Origin: an uncultured Methylomirabilota bacterium
GTDB lineage: Bacteria; Methylomirabilota; Methylomirabilia; Methylomirabilales; 2-02-FULL-66-22
Reading direction: 5' to 3'
DNA: 64,000 bases
Assembly (NCBI GenBank): GCA_963705305.1
Contig: OY970067.1
Coordinates: 1,152,001-1,216,000, forward strand
The notes under the pieces were generated by a model. It saw only the letters and a list, made by a program, of their open reading frames with translations, made no database searches and was not told the origin of the DNA. Both the position numbers and the translations under genes were made by a program. Positions 29,770-38,989 of the stretch are shown here, piece after piece (positions within the stretch are counted from its first letter, which is position 1; each line of letters begins with the position of its first letter).

Positions 29770-30969
29770 TTACGAGGTCCCGCCGACCAGTCCGCTGGAC
29801 GGCAGCGCGATCCAGAAGACCGTCCCTTCCTCCTGGGTGCTGGTGAACCCGACTTCGCCGCCCAGGTACCGCTCGCCGAACAGCTTCATGCTGTAGGTGC
29901 CCAGACCGCGGCCCTTCGGACTCTTGGTGCTGAACGACCGCTGGAAGATCTGGCGGGACACGGCCTCAGGAATGGCCTGGGCGTTCCAGACCCTGAATGT
30001 CGGCTGGCCCTTCCAGCGCTCGTACCAGAGCCGCACCGACTCCCCTTCCTGGACCGCCTCCAGGGCGTTCTTCACCATGTTGGTCAGCACGCGGACGAGC
30101 AGAGGCGGGTCCGTGACGATCGTCTCGCGCGACACGTCCGCGATCTCGAGCCGCTTGCCCCCCGCCGCTTCATGACCGGAGAAGATCGTCCGGAGGCTCT
30201 CCAGAATGTCGGCCACCGGCGTCGGCACCGGGGAGACGGCCAGGGCACCCCGCTCGGCTTGCAGGAGGATCCGTTGGTCCTCCACCTCCCGCGCCAACCG
30301 CTCGCTCAGGGCCACAATCCGCTGGGCGGCCTCCTTGGCGCTCACGCCGCGAAGGGCGCCCAGCAGCTTGCTCCAGCCCTTCAGGCCGCCGATGGTGTTG
30401 AGGAGATCGTGGAAGAACACCTGCTCCAGGGCGTCACGGCGCTTTTCGGCGCTGATATCTCGCAGCAGCACGGCCGTGAGGGTGTGGGGACCGATCCGCA
30501 GGGGGGACGACCGCACGCGGAACTCGCGCGCCTCGGTGTGGTTATTTCGGCGAATGGTCATCAGGCATTCGCGGATGGCGGGCCCATTCTCCTGCTGGCT
30601 GGCCAGGATCGACAGCACCGCACCGCACTCGGCACAGGCCTTGCTCGTGCCGCACCCGCCGGGAGCCTCGGCCAAATGGATGCAGTCCAGGATCTCTCCC
30701 GGCCGGCATCCCAGCAGGCATTCCGGCTTTTCGATGCCGAGCGCCCGCAGGATCGCGGCGTTCACCGCCAGCGCCTGGCGCTCGGCATTGAGGATCAAGA
30801 GTGCGCCGTCCACCGACTCCAGGAGCGTCTGGACTACGGGGTCCGTCTGGAGCTGCCGGACCGCCCGGTCCAGCTCCTGCGGGTCGGCGCGGCCGGCCGG
30901 TGCAAAGAAGCTCTCGGTGGCGCTCCATGCCCCATCGCGGCGAGGGCCTCGTCCTTCGGCTTCTTCCAT
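29770..30969 (-). CDS. Cytoplasmic sensor histidine kinase with a Cys-rich PAS-like domain
   Basis: FFHDLLN H-box, NMVKNALEA N-box, FSTK..GRGLG; CIH...CGTSKACAECG. Confidence 0.9.
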   Translation of the reverse strand: MEEAEGRGPRRDGAWSATESFFAPAGRADPQELDRAVRQLQTDPVVQTLLESVDGALLILNAERQALAVNAAILRALGIEKPECLLGCRPGEILDCIHLAEAPGGCGTSKACAECGAVLSILASQQENGPAIRECLMTIRRNNHTEAREFRVRSSPLRIGPHTLTAVLLRDISAEKRRDALEQVFFHDLLNTIGGLKGWSKLLGALRGVSAKEAAQRIVALSERLAREVEDQRILLQAERGALAVSPVPTPVADILESLRTIFSGHEAAGGKRLEIADVSRETIVTDPPLLVRVLTNMVKNALEAVQEGESVRLWYERWKGQPTFRVWNAQAIPEAVSRQIFQRSFSTKSPKGRGLGTYSMKLFGERYLGGEVGFTSTQEEGTVFWIALPSSGLVGGTS

Positions 30970-31238
30970 GGTCGCCCTCCAGCCTTGGACCGCAGGGGCG
31001 GCGCCCCCCGTCCACAGGCGTAAGTATACACGAAGCGGCCCGGCCAGGCAGAAGATTCCCACGGGGGGTCGCGACCCCGGCCGGACAATCCCGAACAATC
31101 CCGCGCCGCGCATTGAAAAGCCGGGCGGCCTGTGATACTCAACTCGCAGGGGTCTCCCGCATGCCGGGGGTCATTGTTTCTGCCCTGAGCTTCCCGCGGC
31201 CGGCCGCTCGGGAGGCTTGCGACTCGGAGGAGGTCTCC

Positions 31239-32348
31239 ATGGCGAAACGGGTTGGGGTGATCCTGGCTCTCGGCCTGCTGGCGGTCCTGCTGCCGCCCAC
31301 CCAGGGGATGGCGCAGGCCCAGCAGCCGGCAAAACTGAAGGTGGCCTTCGCCCTGCTGTCCACCATTCACGACCTGGGCTGGACGACGGCCCACTACCGG
31401 GGAATCGAGTACCTGAAGAAGGAGATGGGGAACCAGATCGAGGTGGACTACACCGAGAACGTCCAGGCGGCGGACACCGAGCGGGTTGTCCGGGGCTACG
31501 CGAAGAGCGGCTACGGACTCATCTTCGGCACCACCTTCGAGCACATGGACCCCATGCTGATGGTGGCCCGGGACTTTCCCAACACCGTGTTCGAGCACTG
31601 CTCGGGCTACAAGACCGCCCCGAACATGGGGACCTACTTCGCCCGGATGGAGCAGGCCGAATACCTGGCCGGCTACATGGCGGGGCTCATGGGCTTCAAG
31701 AACGTGGGGACCGTCGCCACCCAGCCGATCCCGGAGCCGATCCGCGGCATCAACGCCTTCACCCTAGGGCTCCTGCGCGGGCTGCGGGAGGGGAAGTACC
31801 CCCACGACCCCAAGCGGGTGAACGCCGTCGTCTGGCTCAACAAATGGCTGGATCCCATCAACGAGGTTGTCCTGGCCGAGACCCTGATCAACCAGAGGCA
31901 CGACCTCATCCGCCAGATGGCGGACACCCCCGATTCCGCCCGCACCGCTTGCTACAAGAAGGTCCCCGCCATCGGCTACGGCACGGACGTGCGGCAGGTC
32001 GGGGCGGACTGCGCCCTCGTGTCCACCACCTGGAACTGGGGGCCCTACTACGTGGACGCGGTCAAGCGGGTCATGAGCAAGACCTGGAAGCCGCAGGAGA
32101 TCTACTGGGGCTTCAAGGAGAACCTCATCGCGCTGTCGCCCTTCCACCCCTCGGTCCCCAGACCCGTGCAGGAGAAGGTCCTGGCCGAGCTCCGGAAGAT
32201 GCAGCAGGGCCGGGACGACTCCTTCCTGGGACCGATCAAAGATCAGCAGGGGAAGATCGTCATCCCGGCGGGAATGCGGGCCACGGATAAGGAGCTCCTG
32301 ACGATGAAGTGGTTCGTCGAGGGCGTGGTCGGAAAGATTCCGGAGTGA
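31239..32348 (+). CDS. BMP-family ABC substrate-binding protein (purine/nucleoside)
   Basis: Signal peptide, DLGWTTAH, FEHCSGYK, INAFTLG, WFVEGVVG. Confidence 0.9.
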   Translation: MAKRVGVILALGLLAVLLPPTQGMAQAQQPAKLKVAFALLSTIHDLGWTTAHYRGIEYLKKEMGNQIEVDYTENVQAADTERVVRGYAKSGYGLIFGTTFEHMDPMLMVARDFPNTVFEHCSGYKTAPNMGTYFARMEQAEYLAGYMAGLMGFKNVGTVATQPIPEPIRGINAFTLGLLRGLREGKYPHDPKRVNAVVWLNKWLDPINEVVLAETLINQRHDLIRQMADTPDSARTACYKKVPAIGYGTDVRQVGADCALVSTTWNWGPYYVDAVKRVMSKTWKPQEIYWGFKENLIALSPFHPSVPRPVQEKVLAELRKMQQGRDDSFLGPIKDQQGKIVIPAGMRATDKELLTMKWFVEGVVGKIPE

Positions 32349-32409
32349 CGCCCGGGGCGGGGCCTGGGCGCGGGCTGGCTGCGCCCGCGCCCGACCCGAA
32401 ACCTGAGGG

Positions 32410-33129
32410 ATGCCCGTGGCCGAGCCGTCGGAATTCTTCGAGAGCGGCGAGCTGTGCAGGCTGGAAGTGCCCGGACTCTCCTACCCCCTGCTCCTCCCGT
32501 GGGTCTGGCTCCGCGGCGAAGAGCGGGACGTCCGAATCGCCTCCCTCAACCTGGTGGGCAAGGTCGAGTGGAACCACGACCTCGGCCGGCTGCTGGCCGG
32601 TCGGATTCAAGCGGCGTTCCCCGACCTCGGGGGCCTGTGCGTGATGACGGTGGTCGAGAAGGCCCTCCAGCTGGCCCAGGTGGTGGTCTCGGAATTGCGC
32701 CTGCCGGATGTGGCGGTGGCCTACAGCCGGGTCAAGCCCCACATGGAGGCCGCGGACCGGCCGGTGATCCAGGTGGGGGCGGATTCCATCACCAGCGGGG
32801 GGAAATGCCTGGCCCTGTACGAGCGGGACATCAACCTGCTGGTCGCGCGGGCAACGCGCGGGGTGATCCTGGTGGACAACGTCGTCACGACCGGGGGCAC
32901 GGTCATGGGGGTGGTGGACCTGCTGGACCAGGTGGCCCGCCTGAAGAACCTCCCGCGCGGCATCCCCCTGCGGGGGGTCTTCTGTGCGGCCGAGGAGGGC
33001 CGGCGGACCCGCATGCTGCCCGCCTCCATCTCCTCGCTCGTCCGCCTTCCCGATCCGGTCGTCCGGCCGGGAAGCCTCCGATCGGCAGCCCGCCAGGGAA
33101 GGCTATGGCCAGGACCCTCACCTGCATGA
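32410..33129 (+). CDS. Phosphoribosyltransferase-fold protein (adenine/xanthine PRT-like)
   Basis: VILVDNVVTTGGT PRPP-loop-like motif; inside the nucleoside ABC operon. Confidence 0.8.
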   Translation: MPVAEPSEFFESGELCRLEVPGLSYPLLLPWVWLRGEERDVRIASLNLVGKVEWNHDLGRLLAGRIQAAFPDLGGLCVMTVVEKALQLAQVVVSELRLPDVAVAYSRVKPHMEAADRPVIQVGADSITSGGKCLALYERDINLLVARATRGVILVDNVVTTGGTVMGVVDLLDQVARLKNLPRGIPLRGVFCAAEEGRRTRMLPASISSLVRLPDPVVRPGSLRSAARQGRLWPGPSPA

Positions 33130-34607
33130 CGGGAATCACCAAGCGGTTCCCGGGCGTCCTGGCCAACGACCGGATCGATTTCACCGTCGCGCCGGGCACG
33201 GTCCACGCCCTGTTGGGCGAGAACGGGGCGGGGAAGACCACCCTCATGAACATCCTCTCCGGCCGCTACGCGCCGGACGAGGGAGACATCCGCGTGGGGG
33301 ACGCGCCGGTTCGGTTCCGCTCCCCCCGGGACGCCCTCCGCTCCGGCATCGGCATGGTCCACCAGCACTTCATGCTTGTCCCCCGCCAGACCGCCGCCGA
33401 GAACATCGCGCTCGGGCTGGTCCGGCCGCGCCTGCTCCTGCGACGGCGCCGGATGGAAGCCGAGGTGCGGCAGGCGGCGGAGGCCTCGGGCCTCCCCATC
33501 GACCCCCAGGCCCGCGTCGCCGACCTCTCCCTGGGCCAGCAGCAGCGGGTCGAGATTCTGAAGCTCCTGGTCCGCGGAACCGACCTGCTCATCCTGGACG
33601 AGCCGACGGCGGTTCTGACTCCAGCCGAGACCGAAGAGCTGTTCTCGACCCTGCGGCAATTCGCACGCGCGGGGAGATCGGTCGTCTTCATCACCCACAA
33701 GCTGGAAGAGGTTTTGGAGGTCGCCGACCGGATCACCATCCTGCGCCGCGGCCGCCGCGTGGCCGACCTCGCCCGATCGGAGGTGGATAACCGCCGGGAG
33801 CTGGCCAGGCTCATGGTGGGGCGCGAGGTTGTCCTGAGCGTGGAGAAGCGCCCGGTGCCCCTGGGGGACGTGGTGTTGGAGCTGCGGAACTGCTCGGGTC
33901 CGGATGCCAGCGGGCATCGGGGATTCCGGCGCGTCAGCTTCGCCGTACGGCGCGGCGAGATCTTTTCCATCGTGGGCGTGGCCGGCAACGGCCAGACCGA
34001 GCTGGCCGCTGCCGTCACAGGGGCGAGCCGGATCTCGCGGGGGGAGCTTCGCCTGCTGGGCCGGCCGCTCGGCCCGGACGAGTCCCCGCCGATGGACCAG
34101 ATCGCATACGTCCCGGAAGACCGGATCGGCACCGGAACCGCGGCCGGCCTGACCCTCGTGGACAACCTGATTCTGACCACCTATCCGAGGTTTTTCCGGC
34201 GGGGATTCTTCCGGCGGGAGGCCGCCCGGGCTCACGCCCGGGAGCTGCTCGAGCGCTTTCGCGTGGCCGTCCCCGGCCCCGACGTCCGAGCGCGCCAGCT
34301 GTCGGGAGGCAACCTCCAGAAGGTGATTCTGGCGCGCGAGCTCTCGAAGAATCCCCGCCTGATTGTCGCCGAGCAGCCGACGCGCGGCCTGGATGTAGCC
34401 TCGACGGCGGAGATCTGGGAGGAGCTGCTGCGCCGGCGTGACCAGGCGGGGATTCTCCTGTTCTCCGGGGACCTGCGGGAGGTCCTGTCCCTGAGCGACC
34501 ACATCGCCGTCATGTTTCGGGGAGAGATCATGGGCGTCCTATCCGCGCACGACGAGGACGCCGTCGCCGAGATCGGGCCGATGATGGCCGGGGTGCGCCC
34601 GCGATGA
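33105..34607 (+). CDS. Nucleoside ABC transporter ATP-binding protein (two NBDs)
   Basis: GENGAGKT, GMVHQHF, LDEPT, LSGGNLQK. Confidence 0.94.
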   Translation: MARTLTCMTGITKRFPGVLANDRIDFTVAPGTVHALLGENGAGKTTLMNILSGRYAPDEGDIRVGDAPVRFRSPRDALRSGIGMVHQHFMLVPRQTAAENIALGLVRPRLLLRRRRMEAEVRQAAEASGLPIDPQARVADLSLGQQQRVEILKLLVRGTDLLILDEPTAVLTPAETEELFSTLRQFARAGRSVVFITHKLEEVLEVADRITILRRGRRVADLARSEVDNRRELARLMVGREVVLSVEKRPVPLGDVVLELRNCSGPDASGHRGFRRVSFAVRRGEIFSIVGVAGNGQTELAAAVTGASRISRGELRLLGRPLGPDESPPMDQIAYVPEDRIGTGTAAGLTLVDNLILTTYPRFFRRGFFRREAARAHARELLERFRVAVPGPDVRARQLSGGNLQKVILARELSKNPRLIVAEQPTRGLDVASTAEIWEELLRRRDQAGILLFSGDLREVLSLSDHIAVMFRGEIMGVLSAHDEDAVAEIGPMMAGVRPR

Positions 34608-35671
34608 CGCGGCTGGTGCTGGAGCGACGTTCCGCGCCGTCCCGGGCGGCCGAGCGCCTGGGGGTGTGCCTGTCCGTCCTGCTGGCCCTCGGCCTGGGGG
34701 GCGTTGTGTTCTGGCTGGCCGGGGCGAACCCTTTCGCCGCCTACCGGGTGATGGGGCAGGGCGCTTTCGGCAGCTGGTACAGCCTGTCCGAGGTGGTGGT
34801 GAAGGCCATCCCGCTTCTGCTCTGCGGGCTGGCGGTGGCCGTGCCGGCGCGCATCATGATCTGGAATATCGGGGGCGAGGGGCAGCTCGTCCTGGGCGGC
34901 ATGGCGGCCGCGGGCGTGGCCCTGTTCCTGGCCCCGACCCTGCCGCGGGCGCTGGTGATTCCCCTCATGGTGGGAGCCGGCTTCCTGGGGGGCGGGCTGT
35001 GGGCTTTGCTGGCGGGAGCCTTGCGGGCCCGGCTCGAGGTCAACGAGATCCTCACCACACTCATGCTCAATTACGTGGCGATCTTCTGGATGGAGCACCT
35101 GTACTTCGGCCCCTGGCGCGATCCCATGGGCATGGGATTCCCCGGAACGGCCATGTTCCCCCAGGCGGCCTGGCTGCCGCGGCTCCCCGGCACCCGGATC
35201 CATCTCGGGCTGGCCTTCGGCCTCGCGGCCGTCCTGCTGCTCTGCCTGGCCTATGGCCGCACCCGCTGGGGGTACGAGATGCGGGTCCTCGGCGAGAATC
35301 CCCGGGCCGCCCGGTACGCCGGGATGCACGTCGGGCGCCAGATCATCTGGGCAATGTTCCTGGGAGGGGGCCTGGCCGGGCTGGCCGGCATGGCCGAGGT
35401 GGCCGGCATCCATTACCGGCTGCAGCAGGGGTTGGCGGTGGGGGAGGGCTACACCGGGATCCTCGTGGCCTGCCTGGCGGGCCTTCATCCCGCCGGTGTC
35501 GCCCTGGCGGCGCTCGGCGTCGGCGCCCTCCTGGTCGGGGGCGATCAGCTGCAGGCGGTCCTGCACCTGCCGTCCTCGGTGGGGATGGTCCTGGAGGGGG
35601 CGCTCCTCCTCTTCGTGCTCGGCGGCCAGGCCCTGTCCGGGTATCGCTTGGCCCGGCGAGGGGCTCGCTGA
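34604..35671 (+). CDS. Nucleoside ABC transporter permease
   Basis: WNIGGEGQ, NEILTTLMLNY, GENPRAARYAG. Confidence 0.93.
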   Translation: MTRLVLERRSAPSRAAERLGVCLSVLLALGLGGVVFWLAGANPFAAYRVMGQGAFGSWYSLSEVVVKAIPLLLCGLAVAVPARIMIWNIGGEGQLVLGGMAAAGVALFLAPTLPRALVIPLMVGAGFLGGGLWALLAGALRARLEVNEILTTLMLNYVAIFWMEHLYFGPWRDPMGMGFPGTAMFPQAAWLPRLPGTRIHLGLAFGLAAVLLLCLAYGRTRWGYEMRVLGENPRAARYAGMHVGRQIIWAMFLGGGLAGLAGMAEVAGIHYRLQQGLAVGEGYTGILVACLAGLHPAGVALAALGVGALLVGGDQLQAVLHLPSSVGMVLEGALLLFVLGGQALSGYRLARRGAR

Positions 35672-36606
35672 TGGATGCCGGAACGCTGGTCTTCGTGCTG
35701 TCCATCACCATCCAGTCCAGCCTGGCCGTGCTGTTCGCCACGCTGGGAGAGATCTTCACGGAGCGTAGCGGGGTCCTCAATCTGGGAGTCGAGGGGATGA
35801 TGCTCATGGGCGCCCTGAGCGGGTTCGCGGCGGCGGCGGCGTCCAATAGTCTGGGATTGGGCCTGTTGGCGGCCATGGCAGTAGGCGCCCTCCTGGCGGT
35901 GATCCATGCGTTCTTCAGCATCACGCTCCGCACCAACCAGGTGGTGTGCGGCCTGGCGCTGGCTATCCTGGGGGCCGGCCTGTCAAGCTTTCTCGGCCGG
36001 CCGCTCATCGGCAGGGTGGGGATGCGCTTTTCGGCTTGGCCGGTTCCCGGGCTCCAGGCGATCCCCCTGCTGGGGCCGGTGTTGTTCAACCAGGTCCCGC
36101 TGGTCTACGTTGCCTACGTGCTGGTGCCGGCGGCGTGGTTTTTCCTCTTCCATACCCGCCCCGGATTGAATCTTCGAGCGGCCGGCGAGAACCCGGCAGC
36201 CGCCGATGCGGCGGGAATCCCTGTGGCTCGCCTGCGGTATGCCTGGACCGCCTTCGGCGGGATGATGGCCGGGCTGGGAGGCGCCTACCTGTCCCTCGCC
36301 TACACCCCCGGCTGGAAAGAGAATATGTCCGCCGGCCAGGGCTGGATCGCCATTGCCATGGTGATCTTCGCGCTCTGGAACCCCTGGAGGGCGGTTCTGG
36401 GAGCGCTGCTGTTTGGAGGGGTAAATGCCTTGCAGTTTGCCTTCGAGGCCCAGCAGGTCACGCTGATTCCCTCCTACATCCTCCGCATGCTGCCGTATCT
36501 ATTCACCATCGCCACGCTGGTGGTCATCACCCGCTCCAAGAAGCTCCGCCGCTTGGCCGGTGCGCCGGCCGCCCTGGGGCTGCCGTTCGATCGGGAAGGC
36601 ACGTAG
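35671..36606 (+). CDS. Nucleoside ABC transporter permease
   Basis: ERSGVLNLGVEGMML, GENPAAADAAGI, PAALGLPF. Confidence 0.93.
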   Translation: MDAGTLVFVLSITIQSSLAVLFATLGEIFTERSGVLNLGVEGMMLMGALSGFAAAAASNSLGLGLLAAMAVGALLAVIHAFFSITLRTNQVVCGLALAILGAGLSSFLGRPLIGRVGMRFSAWPVPGLQAIPLLGPVLFNQVPLVYVAYVLVPAAWFFLFHTRPGLNLRAAGENPAAADAAGIPVARLRYAWTAFGGMMAGLGGAYLSLAYTPGWKENMSAGQGWIAIAMVIFALWNPWRAVLGALLFGGVNALQFAFEAQQVTLIPSYILRMLPYLFTIATLVVITRSKKLRRLAGAPAALGLPFDREGT

Positions 36607-36761
36607 CAGACTGCTCAAAAAGGCCCATCTGCTGCGTTGGCCCGCTCGGGCGCTCGTTGCGGCGTACCGGAAGTACGCCTCACTCGGCCCTTTACGGGTC
36701 GCCTTGCATCTGGACCTTTTTGAGCAGCCTGGGCGAAGACGAGTATTTCAGCATCCTGCGA
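36604..36761. mobile_element. Hairpin MITE, family A, copy 3 (inverted relative to copy 1)
   Basis: TAGCAGACTGCTCAAAAAGG...TTTCAGCATCCTGCGA; same central palindrome. Confidence 0.85.
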
Positions 36762-37259
36762 GAGTGAATCGCGGGAGAAGTCGTATGGCGGAGACCGGCG
36801 CCACGGGTGGCTTCCGGCCCGTCGCACCGGATGTCTACCGACCGAAATGGTCTATATATCAGTAAGTTCTGTCATCGATTTGCCGCCTTTCGACCCAGGA
36901 AATCGTCGGGCTTGGCGGCAGAAATTCAACCAAGAAAGCACTTGACTTTTTGTTTTCCATAATAGAAGATTAGGTCGATCTAAATTATCACGCACCCATG
37001 AGTTAGCTGCGGGTGGATCCCTTGAAAAGGTTCAATCGTCTGATTCGAATAAGGGTTAAGCCTGCCGAACAGGCCGCTGGAGGCGCCCGGATCTTCCCCT
37101 CCGCCCATCCGGGAACTAAACTTACAGCTTCTCCCTGACCATTAGGAGACAGGACGGGGTGCACTTCCGGCGAATCGTTTGAATAGAAAGCGGACCAAAT
37201 AGGTAGTGACAGACGAGTTAAGGTAACCCTAGGCGAGCAACTCTGAGGAGGAACTAGAC

Positions 37260-37412
37260 ATGAAGCGGTCTTGGATGCCGGCTATCTTCGTAGGCGCAAT
37301 CCTGGTTTCCTTCGCCTGGTCCGGTGTGGCGACGATGCACCAGGTCAACAATCCACCGTATCCCCTGCCGACGGCACAGCATGCGGTGGTAAGCGGTTCG
37401 ATCCAGCGGTAA
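37260..37412 (+). CDS. 50-aa small protein with a signal-peptide-like N-terminus (below the ORF track cutoff)
   Basis: GAGGAGG RBS; MKRSWMPAIFVGAILVSFAWSGVATMHQVNNPPYPLPTAQHAVVSGSIQR; terminator downstream. Confidence 0.65.
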   Translation: MKRSWMPAIFVGAILVSFAWSGVATMHQVNNPPYPLPTAQHAVVSGSIQR

Positions 37413-37485
37413 GGCTCCGCTCCGGAACCCCGCCCCGCCCGCAAATCGAGGACCCTGATCGTCGAGGGGCGGGCGACGAGAAGAA

Positions 37486-37541
37486 CAAACGGCCCGCGTG
37501 GTCGTGAGCAATGCGCCACGCGGGCCGTTTGCTTTTTGTTT
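37486..37541. terminator. Strong, probably bidirectional intrinsic terminator
   Basis: 16-bp stem CAAACGGCCCGCGTGG / CCACGCGGGCCGTTTG followed by CTTTTTGTTT. Confidence 0.85.
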
Positions 37542-37542
37542 C

Positions 37543-38952
37543 TTACTGCCCCCCCTCACGACGGCTCCGCAGCGCCGACAGCAGCTTCTCGTGGATGTTA
37601 TCGAAGGCCCCGTTGGACATGACCAGGACCACGGACCCTTGCCCAAGCCGGCTGGACAGGTCTGCCACTACGGCGTCGGCATTCGGGAAGAGTATCGCTT
37701 TCTGGCCATTCTCTCGCAGGGTTGCCACCAGCGCCGCCGCGTCGAATCGCTCCGCCTCCGGGATCCTCTCCGCGTCGAAGGGCGGAACCAGGATGACCTC
37801 GTCGGCCGAGACAAAGGAGGCCGGATAGGCCTCCTGGAACACCTTCCGGCGGCTGGTGTTGGTGCGGGGCTCGAAGACCGCCACCAGGTACGACCCGGGG
37901 TAGCGCGCCCGAACCGCCCGCACGGTCTCTCGGACCTTGGTGGGGTGGTGGGCAAAGTCATCGATCACCGTCACCCCGCCCACATCCCCGCGCACTTGCA
38001 TCCGGCGCGCCACGCCCGCAAACCCGGCCAGGCATCCCGCGGCCCGCTCCGCCCCCACGCCCAAAGCCTCGGCGGCCGCCAACGCCCCCAGCGCGTTGGC
38101 CACGTTGTGCCGGCCGAAAAGCGGCAGGATCACGCTCGCGGCCAGGCTTCCATGGCGGATCAGCGAGAAACGCGTCGCGTCCTCTCCGGGCTGGATGTCG
38201 GCCGCCCTCCAGTCAACGCCCGGTCCCAGCCCGTAGGAGCAGACCCGGCAGGGGGCTGAGGCTGCCAGGGTCCCCACCTCTGGATCATCGGTGCAGGCCA
38301 CCAGCAGGCCGTCGGCCGGCAGTCGCGAGACCAGGCCGGCGAACGCGGCGCGGTAGGCCTCCATGTCGCGGTAGATGTCGGCATGATCGAATTCCACAGC
38401 CGTCAGCACGACGATCCTGGGACGATAATGCACGAACTTGGGTCGCTTGTCGAAGAAGGCCGTGTCGTACTCGTCCCCCTCGACCACGAACATGGTGCCC
38501 CGGCCGTGGTGAAAGCTCTTGCCGAAGTTTAGCGGAATTCCGCCCACCAGGAAGGAGGGGTCCAGGCCGGCCTCCACCAGGACGTAGGACAAGAGCGCCG
38601 CGGTGGTGGTCTTCCCGTGGGTTCCGGCCACCACCGCCGAGGTTTTGTCCCCGATGAAGAACTCCGACAGCGCCTGCGGGAAGCTCATCACCGCGAGGGC
38701 CCGCTGGAGGGCGGCCTGCGCCTCGGGGTTATCCTTGCGGCACACGTTGCCGACGATCACCAGATCGACCCCGGGATCCAGATGGGCGGGGTCGAAGCCC
38801 TGCCGGGTGGGGATTCCCCAGGCCCGCAGCCGCTCGGACATGGGCGGGTAGAAGGCCCGGTCGGAGCCCTGGACCTCGTGCCCGGCCTCCTTGAGGAGGC
38901 CGGCCAGCGCCCCCATCCCCGTCCCGCAAATGCCCACCAGGTGAACCTTCAT
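37543..38952 (-). CDS. mpl: Murein peptide ligase Mpl
   Basis: GICGTGMG, YPPMS, GTHGKTTT, EGDEYDTAFFDKRPKF, DDFAHHPT. Confidence 0.9.
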   Translation of the reverse strand: MKVHLVGICGTGMGALAGLLKEAGHEVQGSDRAFYPPMSERLRAWGIPTRQGFDPAHLDPGVDLVIVGNVCRKDNPEAQAALQRALAVMSFPQALSEFFIGDKTSAVVAGTHGKTTTAALLSYVLVEAGLDPSFLVGGIPLNFGKSFHHGRGTMFVVEGDEYDTAFFDKRPKFVHYRPRIVVLTAVEFDHADIYRDMEAYRAAFAGLVSRLPADGLLVACTDDPEVGTLAASAPCRVCSYGLGPGVDWRAADIQPGEDATRFSLIRHGSLAASVILPLFGRHNVANALGALAAAEALGVGAERAAGCLAGFAGVARRMQVRGDVGGVTVIDDFAHHPTKVRETVRAVRARYPGSYLVAVFEPRTNTSRRKVFQEAYPASFVSADEVILVPPFDAERIPEAERFDAAALVATLRENGQKAILFPNADAVVADLSSRLGQGSVVLVMSNGAFDNIHEKLLSALRSRREGGQ

Positions 38953-38989
38953 GCGCACTCCCCAGTCATTGCTCTTTGCCCCTTGCCCT

